Below, piece after piece: positions 23,463-32,745 of a DNA stretch of 43,032 bases; the first letter of the stretch is position 1, and each line of letters begins with the position of its first letter. A program made the position numbers and the translations under genes. Under the pieces are notes generated by a model, which saw nothing but the letters and a program-made list of their open reading frames with translations, did no database searches and had not been told where the DNA came from. The stretch covers positions 1-43,032 of the forward strand of contig JAYEKF010000044.1 in assembly GCA_034660895.1 (NCBI GenBank), written 5' to 3'. The DNA is from Thermoproteota archaeon. GTDB taxonomy: Archaea > Thermoproteota > Bathyarchaeia > Bathyarchaeales > JAYEKF01.

Positions 23463-24173
23463 ATGACGCTTCACAATCTTGTGGAATCACGGTGTCTAAG
23501 GGCGAACATTAAAGCTGCACTTTTTGACCTTCACGGAACTCTCGCTTATGCCAAAACGCTTGTAACTGATGAAGAAGCATCAGATTATCTTGTCAGCCGT
23601 GGGTACGAGGTTTATCCGCAGGAGTTTGGAGCAGCTTTATATTTTGTCTCTTTTGTGGACTATCCAAAACACGGATACAAAACTCTCAGTTCCTTCTTTA
23701 ATCGAGTTCTCTGGAGATTAGATGTGAATGTTGACAAGAAAACTTTGAATGGCTTAACAGTGCTATTTAAACGTAGGTGCTATGAGCTATATCCTGACGC
23801 CAAGGATGCAGTGATAAAAGCGAAGGAACACGGATTAAAAACAGCTATTGTAACAACCATCGCTCACTTCTGGTTTGAAAAGGCATTACAGCCCATCAAA
23901 AATTACTTCAATATGGTTATGACTGGTTTCGAGGCGGGCTGTGAAAAAACGAATCCAAAAATGTACCGCAAAACTCTTAAAACATTGGATGTTAACCCCG
24001 AAGAGGCGGTTATGATCGGCGATCGTCTTAAGATAGATGTTCTGCTTCCCAAGAAACTTGGTATGCATGGCATCCTTTTAGATAGAGAAGGAGGGGGTCA
24101 AGAGGTGGTTCACGCCGATGCCGTTGCAAAAAATCTCACGGACGCTGTACATGTGATAGCTAAATGGATTTAA
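23463..24173 (+). CDS. HAD-superfamily hydrolase
   Basis: Motif I is ALFDLHGTL. TAIVTT and the C-terminal MIGDRLKIDV are also present. Confidence 0.8.
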   Translation: MTLHNLVESRCLRANIKAALFDLHGTLAYAKTLVTDEEASDYLVSRGYEVYPQEFGAALYFVSFVDYPKHGYKTLSSFFNRVLWRLDVNVDKKTLNGLTVLFKRRCYELYPDAKDAVIKAKEHGLKTAIVTTIAHFWFEKALQPIKNYFNMVMTGFEAGCEKTNPKMYRKTLKTLDVNPEEAVMIGDRLKIDVLLPKKLGMHGILLDREGGGQEVVHADAVAKNLTDAVHVIAKWI

Positions 24174-24187
24174 CCGTGCTCACGACT

Positions 24188-24442
24188 TTAGAAGGAAGTT
24201 TGCAACGTTTTCTCAAGAAGCTCTGAAATCTCCAACAAAATGTCGATACATCTACGGCACAAAACCATTTCGAAGGTTTCGCCGTAAAGTTTTGACTGGA
24301 AAAACTCCAATTTATGAGTGGAACCGCAAACGTCACACTTCAACATAGCTTGGAACTTCTCTTCTAGCATCTTTCGAGGAGTAGCAACATGAATAGTCAT
24401 AAAAACCATATTTCTAAACGCAGCAACTGTCGCAATCCGCAA
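24188..24442 (-). CDS. Hypothetical small CxxC...CxxC protein
   Basis: The only motif is CDVCGS...CRRC. The start codon is ambiguous (TTG 24442 or internal ATGs). Confidence 0.4.
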   Translation of the reverse strand: MRIATVAAFRNMVFMTIHVATPRKMLEEKFQAMLKCDVCGSTHKLEFFQSKLYGETFEMVLCRRCIDILLEISELLEKTLQTSF

Positions 24443-24579
24443 TAGTCTCTTCTCAGCATCCGAATGCGATTTAGAAAGAAGCTGTTAAACGCCCATTTCA
24501 TGAGCTTCATCACTTGATATGCATGCAATCTACGATGTGGAGTAAAGGCTCAGGAACCTGTTAGTTAGGTTAAGCGTTT

Positions 24580-24801
24580 TTATGAGGTTATTTTGCTGGG
24601 CTTAACAATTAGATATCCTTTTTCAATCAGCCAATGGTGAAATTGCCATGCCGTAAATTTACAACCAGTTCTACAAGTTTGCCTTATCTTTTCGCATTCC
24701 ATGGAACCTTGCTTTTTCGAATTCAGCTCCAACCACACTCGACATCCCACGTCTTTGCAGAATTCCCTCTTCTTATAATCCATGTATCCTTTGATTGACA
24801 T
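24580..24801 (-). CDS. Hypothetical small Cys-rich protein (73 aa)
   Basis: This is an ATG-initiated ORF with six Cys residues (CKDVGC...C...C...C). No family was recognised. Confidence 0.4.
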   Translation of the reverse strand: MSIKGYMDYKKREFCKDVGCRVWLELNSKKQGSMECEKIRQTCRTGCKFTAWQFHHWLIEKGYLIVKPSKITS

Positions 24802-24882
24802 GATAAAAGGGAAAAAGCTAACAAAATATTAAAGTTTGGGCTCTAACAAACGCACATCACCAAGAAGTAAGGTTGATAAACA

Positions 24883-25419
24883 ATGGCAGATTGCATCCTC
24901 TGTAATATCGTAAAAGGCTCCGCGCCGGCTAGCGTGGTCTACACAGACGAAAAAGTAACGGCGATAATGGACATCCAACCAGTTAATCCCGGCCACGTGC
25001 TGGTAATCCCTAATATGCATGCAGCGTACTTGTCTGAACTTGACCAGGAGACAGGAGGACACTTGTTCAAAATCGCAATACGGATTGCTGCGGCGGTTAG
25101 GCAATCTGGCGTAAGATGTGAAGGTGTGAATCTACTCCTAGCCGATGGACAAGCGGCTGGTCAAAGTGTCTTCCACGTTCACTTGCATGTGGTTCCAAGG
25201 TTTGTCGGCGACGGTTTCGGACTTAAGTTTGGTCCAAACTATGGTCGTAGGCCCAATAGAGAAGAGCTGGATGAAACTGCAAAAAAATCAGAGAAGCGAT
25301 GCGTGGATAGGTTACGCCCTAAAACTGCCGTAAGAGATAAAGTGAATTCAAAATGGAATGCTTTGTTGTTTGGGAAGAAAAGGTCAAGGAATGTTTTCCA
25401 GAACTTTGTGTCTGTGTAG
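24883..25419 (+). CDS. HIT-family hydrolase; the C-terminus is probably distorted by a frame error at the A7 run 25281-25287 (likely true stop 25308-25310)
   Basis: CILCNIV, DIQPVNPGHVLVIP and the histidine triad HVHLHVVPR are present. The tail as written overlaps the next gene by 67 nt. Confidence 0.85.
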   Translation: MADCILCNIVKGSAPASVVYTDEKVTAIMDIQPVNPGHVLVIPNMHAAYLSELDQETGGHLFKIAIRIAAAVRQSGVRCEGVNLLLADGQAAGQSVFHVHLHVVPRFVGDGFGLKFGPNYGRRPNREELDETAKKSEKRCVDRLRPKTAVRDKVNSKWNALLFGKKRSRNVFQNFVSV

Positions 25420-26039
25420 GTATTATTCGAAACGTAAAGGTGGAACATGACAATAAGCGGACAGACATGTTAAGACGTGCAGTTATGGAGGAAGTGAGAA
25501 GCAAATACAAGATTGAGCAGCTGAAAACCAATCCAACGGTTCGAGCGTACAGAGATTTCTTCTGGAAACTCGGTGTAGACCCAACGAAAACTAGGCCCTC
25601 AAGTGAAGCTTTGGTGAGAAGAGTCTTGCATGGAATGAGGATTCCGCACATCTCAACGGTTGTAGACTCGTATAACTTAGCCTCGTTGAAAACCTTGATT
25701 CCGCTAAGCGGATTTGACCTAGACCTTGTTTCACCACCACTGTACATACGCTTTTCAAGAGAAAATGAAGAATTCTTGGGAATAGGAATGGACGTTCCAG
25801 CTAAACTGACGGGGCAAATGCTGGTGCTTGCTGACAAGAACCATGTTATGTGCATTTATCCGCATCGGGATGCAGACGCAACAAAAATTACGAACAGGAC
25901 AAAAAACGTGCTTGTCGTTGGGTATGGAGCTGCTGGAATTAACGGAAGCTGGCTTGTTAAAGCTGTGAAAACAGCGTTAAGTTACATTCAAACAACCTCA
26001 AATGGAAATATAGAAGAAGTAGAAGTGTACAAACAATAG
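25353..26039 (+). CDS. B3/B4 tRNA-binding-domain protein (PheT B3_4-like, COG3382-type)
   Basis: SSEALVRRVLHG..IPHISTVVDSYNLASLKTLIPLSGFDLD is typical of the stand-alone B3/4 domain family. Confidence 0.7.
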   Translation: MECFVVWEEKVKECFPELCVCVGIIRNVKVEHDNKRTDMLRRAVMEEVRSKYKIEQLKTNPTVRAYRDFFWKLGVDPTKTRPSSEALVRRVLHGMRIPHISTVVDSYNLASLKTLIPLSGFDLDLVSPPLYIRFSRENEEFLGIGMDVPAKLTGQMLVLADKNHVMCIYPHRDADATKITNRTKNVLVVGYGAAGINGSWLVKAVKTALSYIQTTSNGNIEEVEVYKQ

Positions 26040-26144
26040 ATGTTTCATTAACGTGCAGCTTCATTTCTTTATGTGAACGTGCAGAGTTAAATTCTTATGT
26101 AGTGTATCCATGTATAGAAAAACGCTTAAGGAACGTGTAGTGCT

Positions 26145-27422
26145 ATGGATAAAACGTCTAAACTTCCAGGTTTCTACAAACTGGACCTAAATAAACGGTT
26201 ACAAATTGTTAAACAATTTGGGGACCTCACAGACGAGGAAGTTAAACTTCTGCAGTCCACTGGCTCATTACCGTTTGACTTGGCTGACCGCATGATAGAG
26301 AACGTGGTGGGCGCGTTTCCCGTGCCCTTGGGAATCGCCGTAAACTTCCTCATCAACCGGAAAGACTATTTGATTCCCATGGCAATTGAAGAAACCTCTG
26401 TGGTGGCTGCAGCAAGCTACGCAGCGAGAATGTCGCGGGAAGGGGGAGGATTCTTCACCAGTAGCACCGAACCCGTCATGATTGGGCAAATTCAAACAGT
26501 GAATGTGAAAGACCCTTATAAGGCTCGAATGGAAATTTTAGCGATGAAAGAGGAGATTCTTGAGAAAGCAAACGAGCAAGACCCCTTACTAGTTTCTTTA
26601 GGCGGAGGAGCCAAAGACCTCCAAGTTAAAGTGTTAGATGCACAAACAGGACCCATGGTGATTGCTGAGCTCTTGGTGGACTGCCGAGACGCAATGGGCG
26701 CCAACGCTGTGAACACCATGAATGAGGCTGTAGCGCCTCTTATTGAGCGAGCCACCGGCGGACGAGTCTATTTGAGAATTATTTCGAATTTGGCGACGAA
26801 GCGGTTGGCACGCGCTTGGACCACCGTGCCGAAGGAAGCGGTTGGCGGTGAGGAAGTGGTGGACGGCATTGTACAAGCGTACTCTTTCGCTGCAGCTGAC
26901 CCTTACAGGGCGGCTACACATAATAAGGGTATATTGAACGGAATAATTGGCGTGGTAATTGCCACTTGCAACGACCACCGAGCCGTTGAAGCTGGAGCTC
27001 ACGCCTACGCCGCAAGGTTTGGACGTTACGGTCCACTGTCAGTTTGGGAGAAAAACGAAAACAACGACTTGGTTGGTTCGATTGAGTTGCCTATGGCTGT
27101 TGGAACCGTAGGCGGCGCCACACGTGTGCATCCCATCGCCAAGATTGCTTTGAAAATTTTGGGGGTTAAAACCGCTAGGGAATTAAGTGAGGTGTTAGCT
27201 GCGGTGGGTTTGGCGCAGAACCTCGCTGCGTTGAGAGCTTTGGCTCACGAAGGAATTCAGAGGGGGCACATGTCGTTGCATGCAAAGAACATAGCTGTTA
27301 TGGCTGGTGCAACTGGAGACTTAATTGATTTAGTTGCGCAGAAGCTGGTGAAAGAACGTAAAATACGGATGGACCGAGCGGAAGAACTAATTAAGGAATA
27401 CCGAAAAACTGGAAAACTTTAA
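26145..27422 (+). CDS. hmgA: Hydroxymethylglutaryl-CoA reductase, class II
   Basis: The sequence is collinear with the class II enzyme pattern: MIENVVGAFPVPLGIA.NF.IN, EETSVVAAASY, DAMGANAVNTM, DPYRAATHNKGI, GIQRGHMSLHA. Confidence 0.92.
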   Translation: MDKTSKLPGFYKLDLNKRLQIVKQFGDLTDEEVKLLQSTGSLPFDLADRMIENVVGAFPVPLGIAVNFLINRKDYLIPMAIEETSVVAAASYAARMSREGGGFFTSSTEPVMIGQIQTVNVKDPYKARMEILAMKEEILEKANEQDPLLVSLGGGAKDLQVKVLDAQTGPMVIAELLVDCRDAMGANAVNTMNEAVAPLIERATGGRVYLRIISNLATKRLARAWTTVPKEAVGGEEVVDGIVQAYSFAAADPYRAATHNKGILNGIIGVVIATCNDHRAVEAGAHAYAARFGRYGPLSVWEKNENNDLVGSIELPMAVGTVGGATRVHPIAKIALKILGVKTARELSEVLAAVGLAQNLAALRALAHEGIQRGHMSLHAKNIAVMAGATGDLIDLVAQKLVKERKIRMDRAEELIKEYRKTGKL

Positions 27423-27459
27423 TCCGTATGGAAACGATGTTGACAAGTGGGAACATGTA

Positions 27460-28344
27460 ATGATTGTGATTCCCGGTCCGGCTTCTCAAGAACTAGGTGA
27501 AAAAATTGCAAAACTTTTGAACGTGGAGACGGCGCCTGTTGTTTTCAAGAAGTTTCCGGATGGGGAGACGTATATTCGACTGGAAGGCGACTTAAAAGGA
27601 GAAGAGTTGGTTATAGTTCAAACCACAAGTCCGCCTCAAGAAACACGTCTTATGCAGTTATTTCTGATGGCGGATACAGCAGAGGAGTTGGGTGCAAAAA
27701 CGTTAACTGCGGTTGTCCCGTATCTTGCATACGCTCGACAGGACAGACGTTTTTTACCCGGCGAAGCTGTAAGTATTAGAACCGTCGCAAAACTTCTCGC
27801 AACATCTGGCGTAAACCGTCTTCTCACCGTAAATGTTCACAAGGAAAAAGTCCTGAAGAAGTTCGGCTTCCCTGCCAAGAGTCTTTCAGCTATGACAGTG
27901 TTGGCGGAGCATTTTAAAGACAAGGGTTTAGCGGGCGCGTTTGCCATAGCCCCAGATGAAGGAGCACTGGGACTAGCGGAGGAAGCGGGTAAAGTTCTGG
28001 GCGGCGGCTACGGTTGGCTACGTAAAAAAAGGGACAGGTACACTGGGGGAATCACCACTGAAAAGAAGCAATTTGACGTGGAAGGTAAAGACGTGATTAT
28101 TTTTGACGATATTATCAGCTCCGGCAAGACCACGGCGAACGCGGTGAAAATCTTGACGGAACAGAACGCAAGAAGGGTTTATGCCGCCTGCGTTCATCCC
28201 CTGCTTATGGGTGATGCGGAGAAAATAATCATGCGAAGTGGAGCTGAAGCCGTTGTGGGCACGGATTCGGTTCCCAGCTCCGTCAGTGTGGTTTCTGTTG
28301 CACCGCTCATTGCAAGAGCCCTCACTGAAAAGGAAGCATTTTAA
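27460..28344 (+). CDS. prs: Ribose-phosphate pyrophosphokinase
   Basis: FPDGETYIRL, VPYLAYARQDR and the PRPP-binding loop VIIFDDIISSGKT are present. Confidence 0.92.
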   Translation: MIVIPGPASQELGEKIAKLLNVETAPVVFKKFPDGETYIRLEGDLKGEELVIVQTTSPPQETRLMQLFLMADTAEELGAKTLTAVVPYLAYARQDRRFLPGEAVSIRTVAKLLATSGVNRLLTVNVHKEKVLKKFGFPAKSLSAMTVLAEHFKDKGLAGAFAIAPDEGALGLAEEAGKVLGGGYGWLRKKRDRYTGGITTEKKQFDVEGKDVIIFDDIISSGKTTANAVKILTEQNARRVYAACVHPLLMGDAEKIIMRSGAEAVVGTDSVPSSVSVVSVAPLIARALTEKEAF

Positions 28345-28346
28345 AC

Positions 28347-29390
28347 GTGGCTACCCTCTTCTTTTTGGTTTCCGGCGAACATCCAACCTTACCCTTCTCT
28401 GAACTTAAAGCCATCTTGGACGCAGAAAGCTATGAATACCATGTTCTAGAAAAATTGAGTCAGGTTTTACGTCTCAAAGCCAACATAAAATGTGTAAGGG
28501 TGGTTGCGTCGAGGTCAGCTTTAACTAGAGTTTGCGGTTTGGAGTTGTTCAACTGTCACGCCAACTTCGCCGAAATTGTAGGCAAAATGCGTTGTGCACC
28601 ATTCGGAAACATTTTGAAAGCAGATGAAAGCTTTGCAGTTCGAGTGCGAAGGGTGAAAAACGCTTCCCCCCACCTCGTCTGTATGGAGCTGGAAAGGAAG
28701 CTCGGAGAACTAATTCTGTATAAGGTAGGAAAGGCAAGGGTGGACCTAACGTCTCCAGAAAAAACATTTTTCGGAGTTTTAACGCAAAATCGCTTTATTT
28801 TTGGATTAAAAACGGCGGAAATTTTGCCAAAACCTTTTATGGAGAGAAGCCCTCAGAAACACCCTTTTTTTCATCCCTCCGCTATGCCCGCAAAATTAGC
28901 GAGGTGCATGGTTAATTTGGCTCAACCTAAAACTGGTGATTTGGTGATAGACCCTTTCTGCGGAACTGGCAGTATGCTTGTTGAAGCTGGACTCATGGGA
29001 TGTCGTGTGATTGGTTTGGATGTACAAAGACGGATGGTTAGGGGGAGTCTACGAAACCTTTCAAAATATGGTGTAAAGCCAGACGGCATGATAGTGGCGG
29101 ATGCTCGACATCTCCCAATCTCCGCGGTAGACCATGTGGTCACTGACCCGCCTTACGGAAGGTGCGCAACAACTTTTGGGTTAAGCGTCCAACAAATTAT
29201 CCGAGATGCTTTCATCTCAGTTAAAGACAAGCTTCGTAAAGAAGGGCAAATTTGTATGTCAGCTCCAAAAACAGCGGAAATCAGTAAGATTGCGGAGGAG
29301 TTAGGCTTTAAGCAGTTGGAGTCGCATCTCGTGTATGTACATCGAAGCTTAACAAGAGAAATCGGAGTGTTCAAGAGGCTAGATAAATGA
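28347..29390 (+). CDS. THUMP-domain tRNA (guanine-N2)-methyltransferase (Trm11/TrmG10-like)
   Basis: The SAM motif DPFCGTGS and the catalytic DPPYG are present, with an N-terminal THUMP-like region. Confidence 0.8.
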   Translation: MATLFFLVSGEHPTLPFSELKAILDAESYEYHVLEKLSQVLRLKANIKCVRVVASRSALTRVCGLELFNCHANFAEIVGKMRCAPFGNILKADESFAVRVRRVKNASPHLVCMELERKLGELILYKVGKARVDLTSPEKTFFGVLTQNRFIFGLKTAEILPKPFMERSPQKHPFFHPSAMPAKLARCMVNLAQPKTGDLVIDPFCGTGSMLVEAGLMGCRVIGLDVQRRMVRGSLRNLSKYGVKPDGMIVADARHLPISAVDHVVTDPPYGRCATTFGLSVQQIIRDAFISVKDKLRKEGQICMSAPKTAEISKIAEELGFKQLESHLVYVHRSLTREIGVFKRLDK

Positions 29391-30310
29391 GTTTAAACGT
29401 CATTTTCTTAGGAACAGCGGGAAGCGTTCCAACGCCGAAAAGGAGTCTACCGGGAATCGCCATCCAAAGAAAAGGAGAGCTTATCATGCTTGACTGTGGC
29501 GAGGGAATCCAACGGCAAATGATTCAAGCAAAAATTGGATTTCACAAAAAAATGAAAATTTTTGTAACCCACATGCACGGCGACCACGTGCTTGGCCTAC
29601 CCGGAATACTGCAAACCATGTCCCTAATGGACAGAAAGAAAGAGCTGAAAGTTTACGGGCCGCCGGGAATCCAAGCATTTGTAGACGCAATTCAACGGAC
29701 CGTTCAGTTCGTGCTCACCTTTCCCCTAAAAATTTTCGAAATAGAAGATGAAGGCATAGTTTATGAAGAAAAAGAATATGAGGTGTATGCGATTTGGGCG
29801 GACCATGTGATTCCCAGTTTAGCTTATTCTTTGGTTGAGAAGCCCCGCCCAGGAGAGTTTCATCCAGAAAGAGCGAAAAAATTGGGGGTTCCGGAGGGAC
29901 CCCTCTGGGGAAAGTTACAAAATGGCTCCGTTGTCAAGCTCCCAAACGACCGGATGGTTAAGCCGGAACAGGTTATGGGTGCTCCACGCCCCGGCAGAAA
30001 AATTGTGTACACAGGGGACACCAGAGTTTTCAATGGTTTAATAAAGTTCGCTGAAAACGCTGACTTATTAATTCATGATGGCACATTTGATGATGAGTTG
30101 TCAGAGAGAGCCTTGGAAGACGGACATTCCACGCCTAGTCAAGCAGCAGAAATTGCAAAAAAAGCGAAAGTGAAAAAGCTTATTTTAACGCACATAAGCG
30201 CTCGATATAGAAACCCGAATGTTTTGCTGGAGCAGGCTAAAAAAGTTTTTTCAGCCGTGGACGTAGCTGAAGATTTTATGAAACTTAGCATTCCTCTTAA
30301 GAAAGATTAA
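29387..30310 (+). CDS. rnz: Ribonuclease Z
   Basis: LGTAGSVPT, the metallo-beta-lactamase motif HMHGDH, and the C-terminal LILTHIS are present. An ATGA overlap with the upstream gene is present. Confidence 0.9.
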   Translation: MSLNVIFLGTAGSVPTPKRSLPGIAIQRKGELIMLDCGEGIQRQMIQAKIGFHKKMKIFVTHMHGDHVLGLPGILQTMSLMDRKKELKVYGPPGIQAFVDAIQRTVQFVLTFPLKIFEIEDEGIVYEEKEYEVYAIWADHVIPSLAYSLVEKPRPGEFHPERAKKLGVPEGPLWGKLQNGSVVKLPNDRMVKPEQVMGAPRPGRKIVYTGDTRVFNGLIKFAENADLLIHDGTFDDELSERALEDGHSTPSQAAEIAKKAKVKKLILTHISARYRNPNVLLEQAKKVFSAVDVAEDFMKLSIPLKKD

Positions 30311-30600
30311 AGGAGCAACTTGACTGCTTCTTTCCCGCTCATTCCAGGTTTTACTCCCTTCATTTCAGCCTTAGAGGTAACTGCTTTAACCTCTGCTTGC
30401 AGAACATCCTCGAAAGTTTTTACACCGCTAACCGTAGCCGCAGCCACGTTCAGTTTTTCCGTTGCTTCCATGTTGAGAAAACCGCACATGACAAATCCCG
30501 TTCGCCCTACTACGATAAGGAGAGGTGGAGAATCTGGTAATTCCACTTTTAATCCCATCGCCACTTTTCCATCAATTTTTATTGGAGCCACATGAATCAT
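30307..30600 (-). CDS. DUF1805 (YunC-like) protein
   Basis: The sequence follows the YunC pattern: I.IDG...G..VELP..PLL.I....G..MCG.L...........A....GV.T.ED.L...V........G...GMSG.EA...L. Confidence 0.7.
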   Translation of the reverse strand: MIHVAPIKIDGKVAMGLKVELPDSPPLLIVVGRTGFVMCGFLNMEATEKLNVAAATVSGVKTFEDVLQAEVKAVTSKAEMKGVKPGMSGKEAVKLLL

Positions 30601-30675
30601 GAAGGAGCACCTCGCACAGTGTTTCAGAAGAGATTTTTAAATAAGGATTACGCTTATAAACCTTCATGATGCCCG

Positions 30676-31266
30676 TTGCTGACAAAAATTAAGCAAAAGG
30701 TTCAGTCTTGGCTTACTGCAGAGGCAAAAATGGCGCATGATGTGGGCTTAACTCCCAACCATCTAAGCATTTTAGGAATCCTCTTCGCCTTTTTTTCAGC
30801 ACTTACATATGCAATGTGGAACCGTCATCCAGCTATGTTGATAGTTGCTTCTGCTTTTCTGTTAATTTCTGGATTCTGTGATGCATTAGACGGTGTGGTC
30901 GCCAGACTCTACGGAGAAACCACAACCTTCGGCGGCTTTCTCGACTCCCTCTTGGACAGGTACGCCGACGCAATCGTATTGTGTGGGATTATGCTTGGTG
31001 GACTTTGTAAACTCGGCTGGGGATTTGCTGCGTTGAGTGGGTCGCTGCTGGTTAGTTACGCTAGGTCAAGGGCGGAAGCGGAAGGAGTGAAAATGGAGTC
31101 AGTGGGGTTCTTAGAACGAGCTGAACGCATAATCTTGTTGGCGACAGTAAGCTTAGTGGCGGCTATCTGGCTGAACGCGTTGAGTTGGGGAATAATTTTG
31201 TTAGCGATTCTCACAAACCTAACAGTGATTCAACGCGTAATTTACTTTTATAAATCATCTAGATAG
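30676..31266 (+). CDS. CDP-alcohol phosphatidyltransferase (archaeal lipid head-group synthase)
   Basis: The motif DALDGVVARLYGETTTFGGFLDSLLDRYAD matches D-G-x2-A-R-x8-G-x3-D-x3-D. The protein is polytopic. Confidence 0.88.
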   Translation: MLTKIKQKVQSWLTAEAKMAHDVGLTPNHLSILGILFAFFSALTYAMWNRHPAMLIVASAFLLISGFCDALDGVVARLYGETTTFGGFLDSLLDRYADAIVLCGIMLGGLCKLGWGFAALSGSLLVSYARSRAEAEGVKMESVGFLERAERIILLATVSLVAAIWLNALSWGIILLAILTNLTVIQRVIYFYKSSR

Positions 31267-31273
31267 GTTAGAA

Positions 31274-31591
31274 CTATCTCCTTCTTTTTTTTCTTCTCCT
31301 CGGAACGGTTTTTCTTTTGTCTTCAGCCCGCACTTTCACTATACCGCGATGCACTGCACAGGAAATGCAGTAGTACTTCGTTTTTTGTGCAATAGATATG
31401 TATGCGCCTTGTTTACGAAGCTCTTTCGCCAAACGTGGATTCACAAATGAGGATCGGGCGGTTACTTTTTTGGCTTTGTCTCGTGGCACCATTTGGCCGC
31501 ATATGCAACACTGAACAAGCGCGCTTTTTCCTTTACCGCCTTTAGACCTACCGTGGCTTTTTCTTTTAACGGGCAAAGCTTTATCATCCAT
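31274..31591 (-). CDS. rps26e: 30S ribosomal protein S26e
   Basis: RKSHGRSKGGKGKSALVQCCICGQMVPRDKA...YYCISCAVHRGIVKVR is the S26e signature. Confidence 0.88.
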   Translation of the reverse strand: MDDKALPVKRKSHGRSKGGKGKSALVQCCICGQMVPRDKAKKVTARSSFVNPRLAKELRKQGAYISIAQKTKYYCISCAVHRGIVKVRAEDKRKTVPRRRKKRRR

Positions 31592-31649
31592 TAATTTGAT
31601 TGTTACGGTGATTTATTAACCGCTTGCTTCAGTTGCATTTTTGGAAGAG

Positions 31650-32540
31650 TTAGCTATCCTTTCTCAACTTAAGGATTTTAGCAATGTTTGCTTCAGGATC
31701 GATCTTCAGCACAATTTTTCCGTTACGTGAAGTGAAAAGGGTGGTGACTCCTGGTCCATGCCCTGAGGTTACACAGTTGCTGTGCACTACTATTCCTACG
31801 GAAACTGCGCCTTCTCTGTAAACTCGTCCATACGAGTGGTCTGCATCGGTGATGGCTACTAAGTCGCCTAGTCTTAAATCGTCTAAACCGTATTTCTTTC
31901 TCATGTTTTCGTCGAAGAGCTGGATGTCGTAGTCGCCGGAGTAGGTTTGGTTGGCTCCTAAACCGGAACCCATGATGCTGGCTGGAATCTTATGTGTCAC
32001 CGGAATCTCCAGATTGTCATTTCCGGTTGTAATTGGTAAAGCGTGCAGGAAACGTGGGTCGATATTCATCACTTTTATCTCGGGATAATCCAGAAGTTTT
32101 AATCCGACGCCGAAGGCTTTAATCAGGATTTTGTCGCCGATCATTAGTTTCTCCATAACTTCAGGCTGGAAATCCACAAGAACGTGTTCGATTCCGCCAT
32201 GTTTCCCTGTAACCACGCCTTTTTCTCCTTTCGCACTTTCAGATGTGACAACCGCTTCGTTTCCAACGCAGGCTAAAACATTTAACGCTCGATTAGCTGC
32301 TTCTGGAAAACGTTCATTCTTCTCCTTGTTTTCAATGCTCACACTAGGCTCCACATGGTCTGCTTCCCATCCGCATGCAAGGTCTCCTACTCTTATGTTA
32401 TAGGTGATTCCGCCAACACCTGGCAGCACAACTGGATGTCCATCTGAGGATATGCGGTACGGTGACCTCCCAAAAATGGGGCTAGCTACTTCTCCAACAA
32501 CGGAAATTTTCACTAATTTATCCTCGTTAGTTCTTAACAT
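31650..32540 (-). CDS. Conserved hypothetical protein (possibly DUF4438 family; name from memory, low certainty)
   Basis: This is a 296-aa ORF with no antisense competitor. It is Gly-rich and soluble, with no catalytic motif recognised. Confidence 0.6.
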   Translation of the reverse strand: MLRTNEDKLVKISVVGEVASPIFGRSPYRISSDGHPVVLPGVGGITYNIRVGDLACGWEADHVEPSVSIENKEKNERFPEAANRALNVLACVGNEAVVTSESAKGEKGVVTGKHGGIEHVLVDFQPEVMEKLMIGDKILIKAFGVGLKLLDYPEIKVMNIDPRFLHALPITTGNDNLEIPVTHKIPASIMGSGLGANQTYSGDYDIQLFDENMRKKYGLDDLRLGDLVAITDADHSYGRVYREGAVSVGIVVHSNCVTSGHGPGVTTLFTSRNGKIVLKIDPEANIAKILKLRKDS

Positions 32541-32745
32541 GTTCTTTTCCTCTCTTCTTCATGGTAACAATTAAAGACTTAATAAAATTTTAATCATCTA
32601 GCATGTAAACTAAAAACAAATGTACGTAAACATATTCTCCAAGAAATAGTTGAAGTTTATCGTGACGAGGAAACGAAGGCATGCAATCTAAATTGGAGGA
32701 TAGACTCCACAAATACAAAACGACTAGAAGGTTGGACGTTAACAC

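Noticed and set aside
24453-24513. A second C/D-box-like 61-mer on the minus strand (GUGAUGA ... CUGA).
   Set aside because: There are no plausible internal D' or C' boxes and no terminal stem. It may simply be the 5' region of the 24188-24442 ORF.
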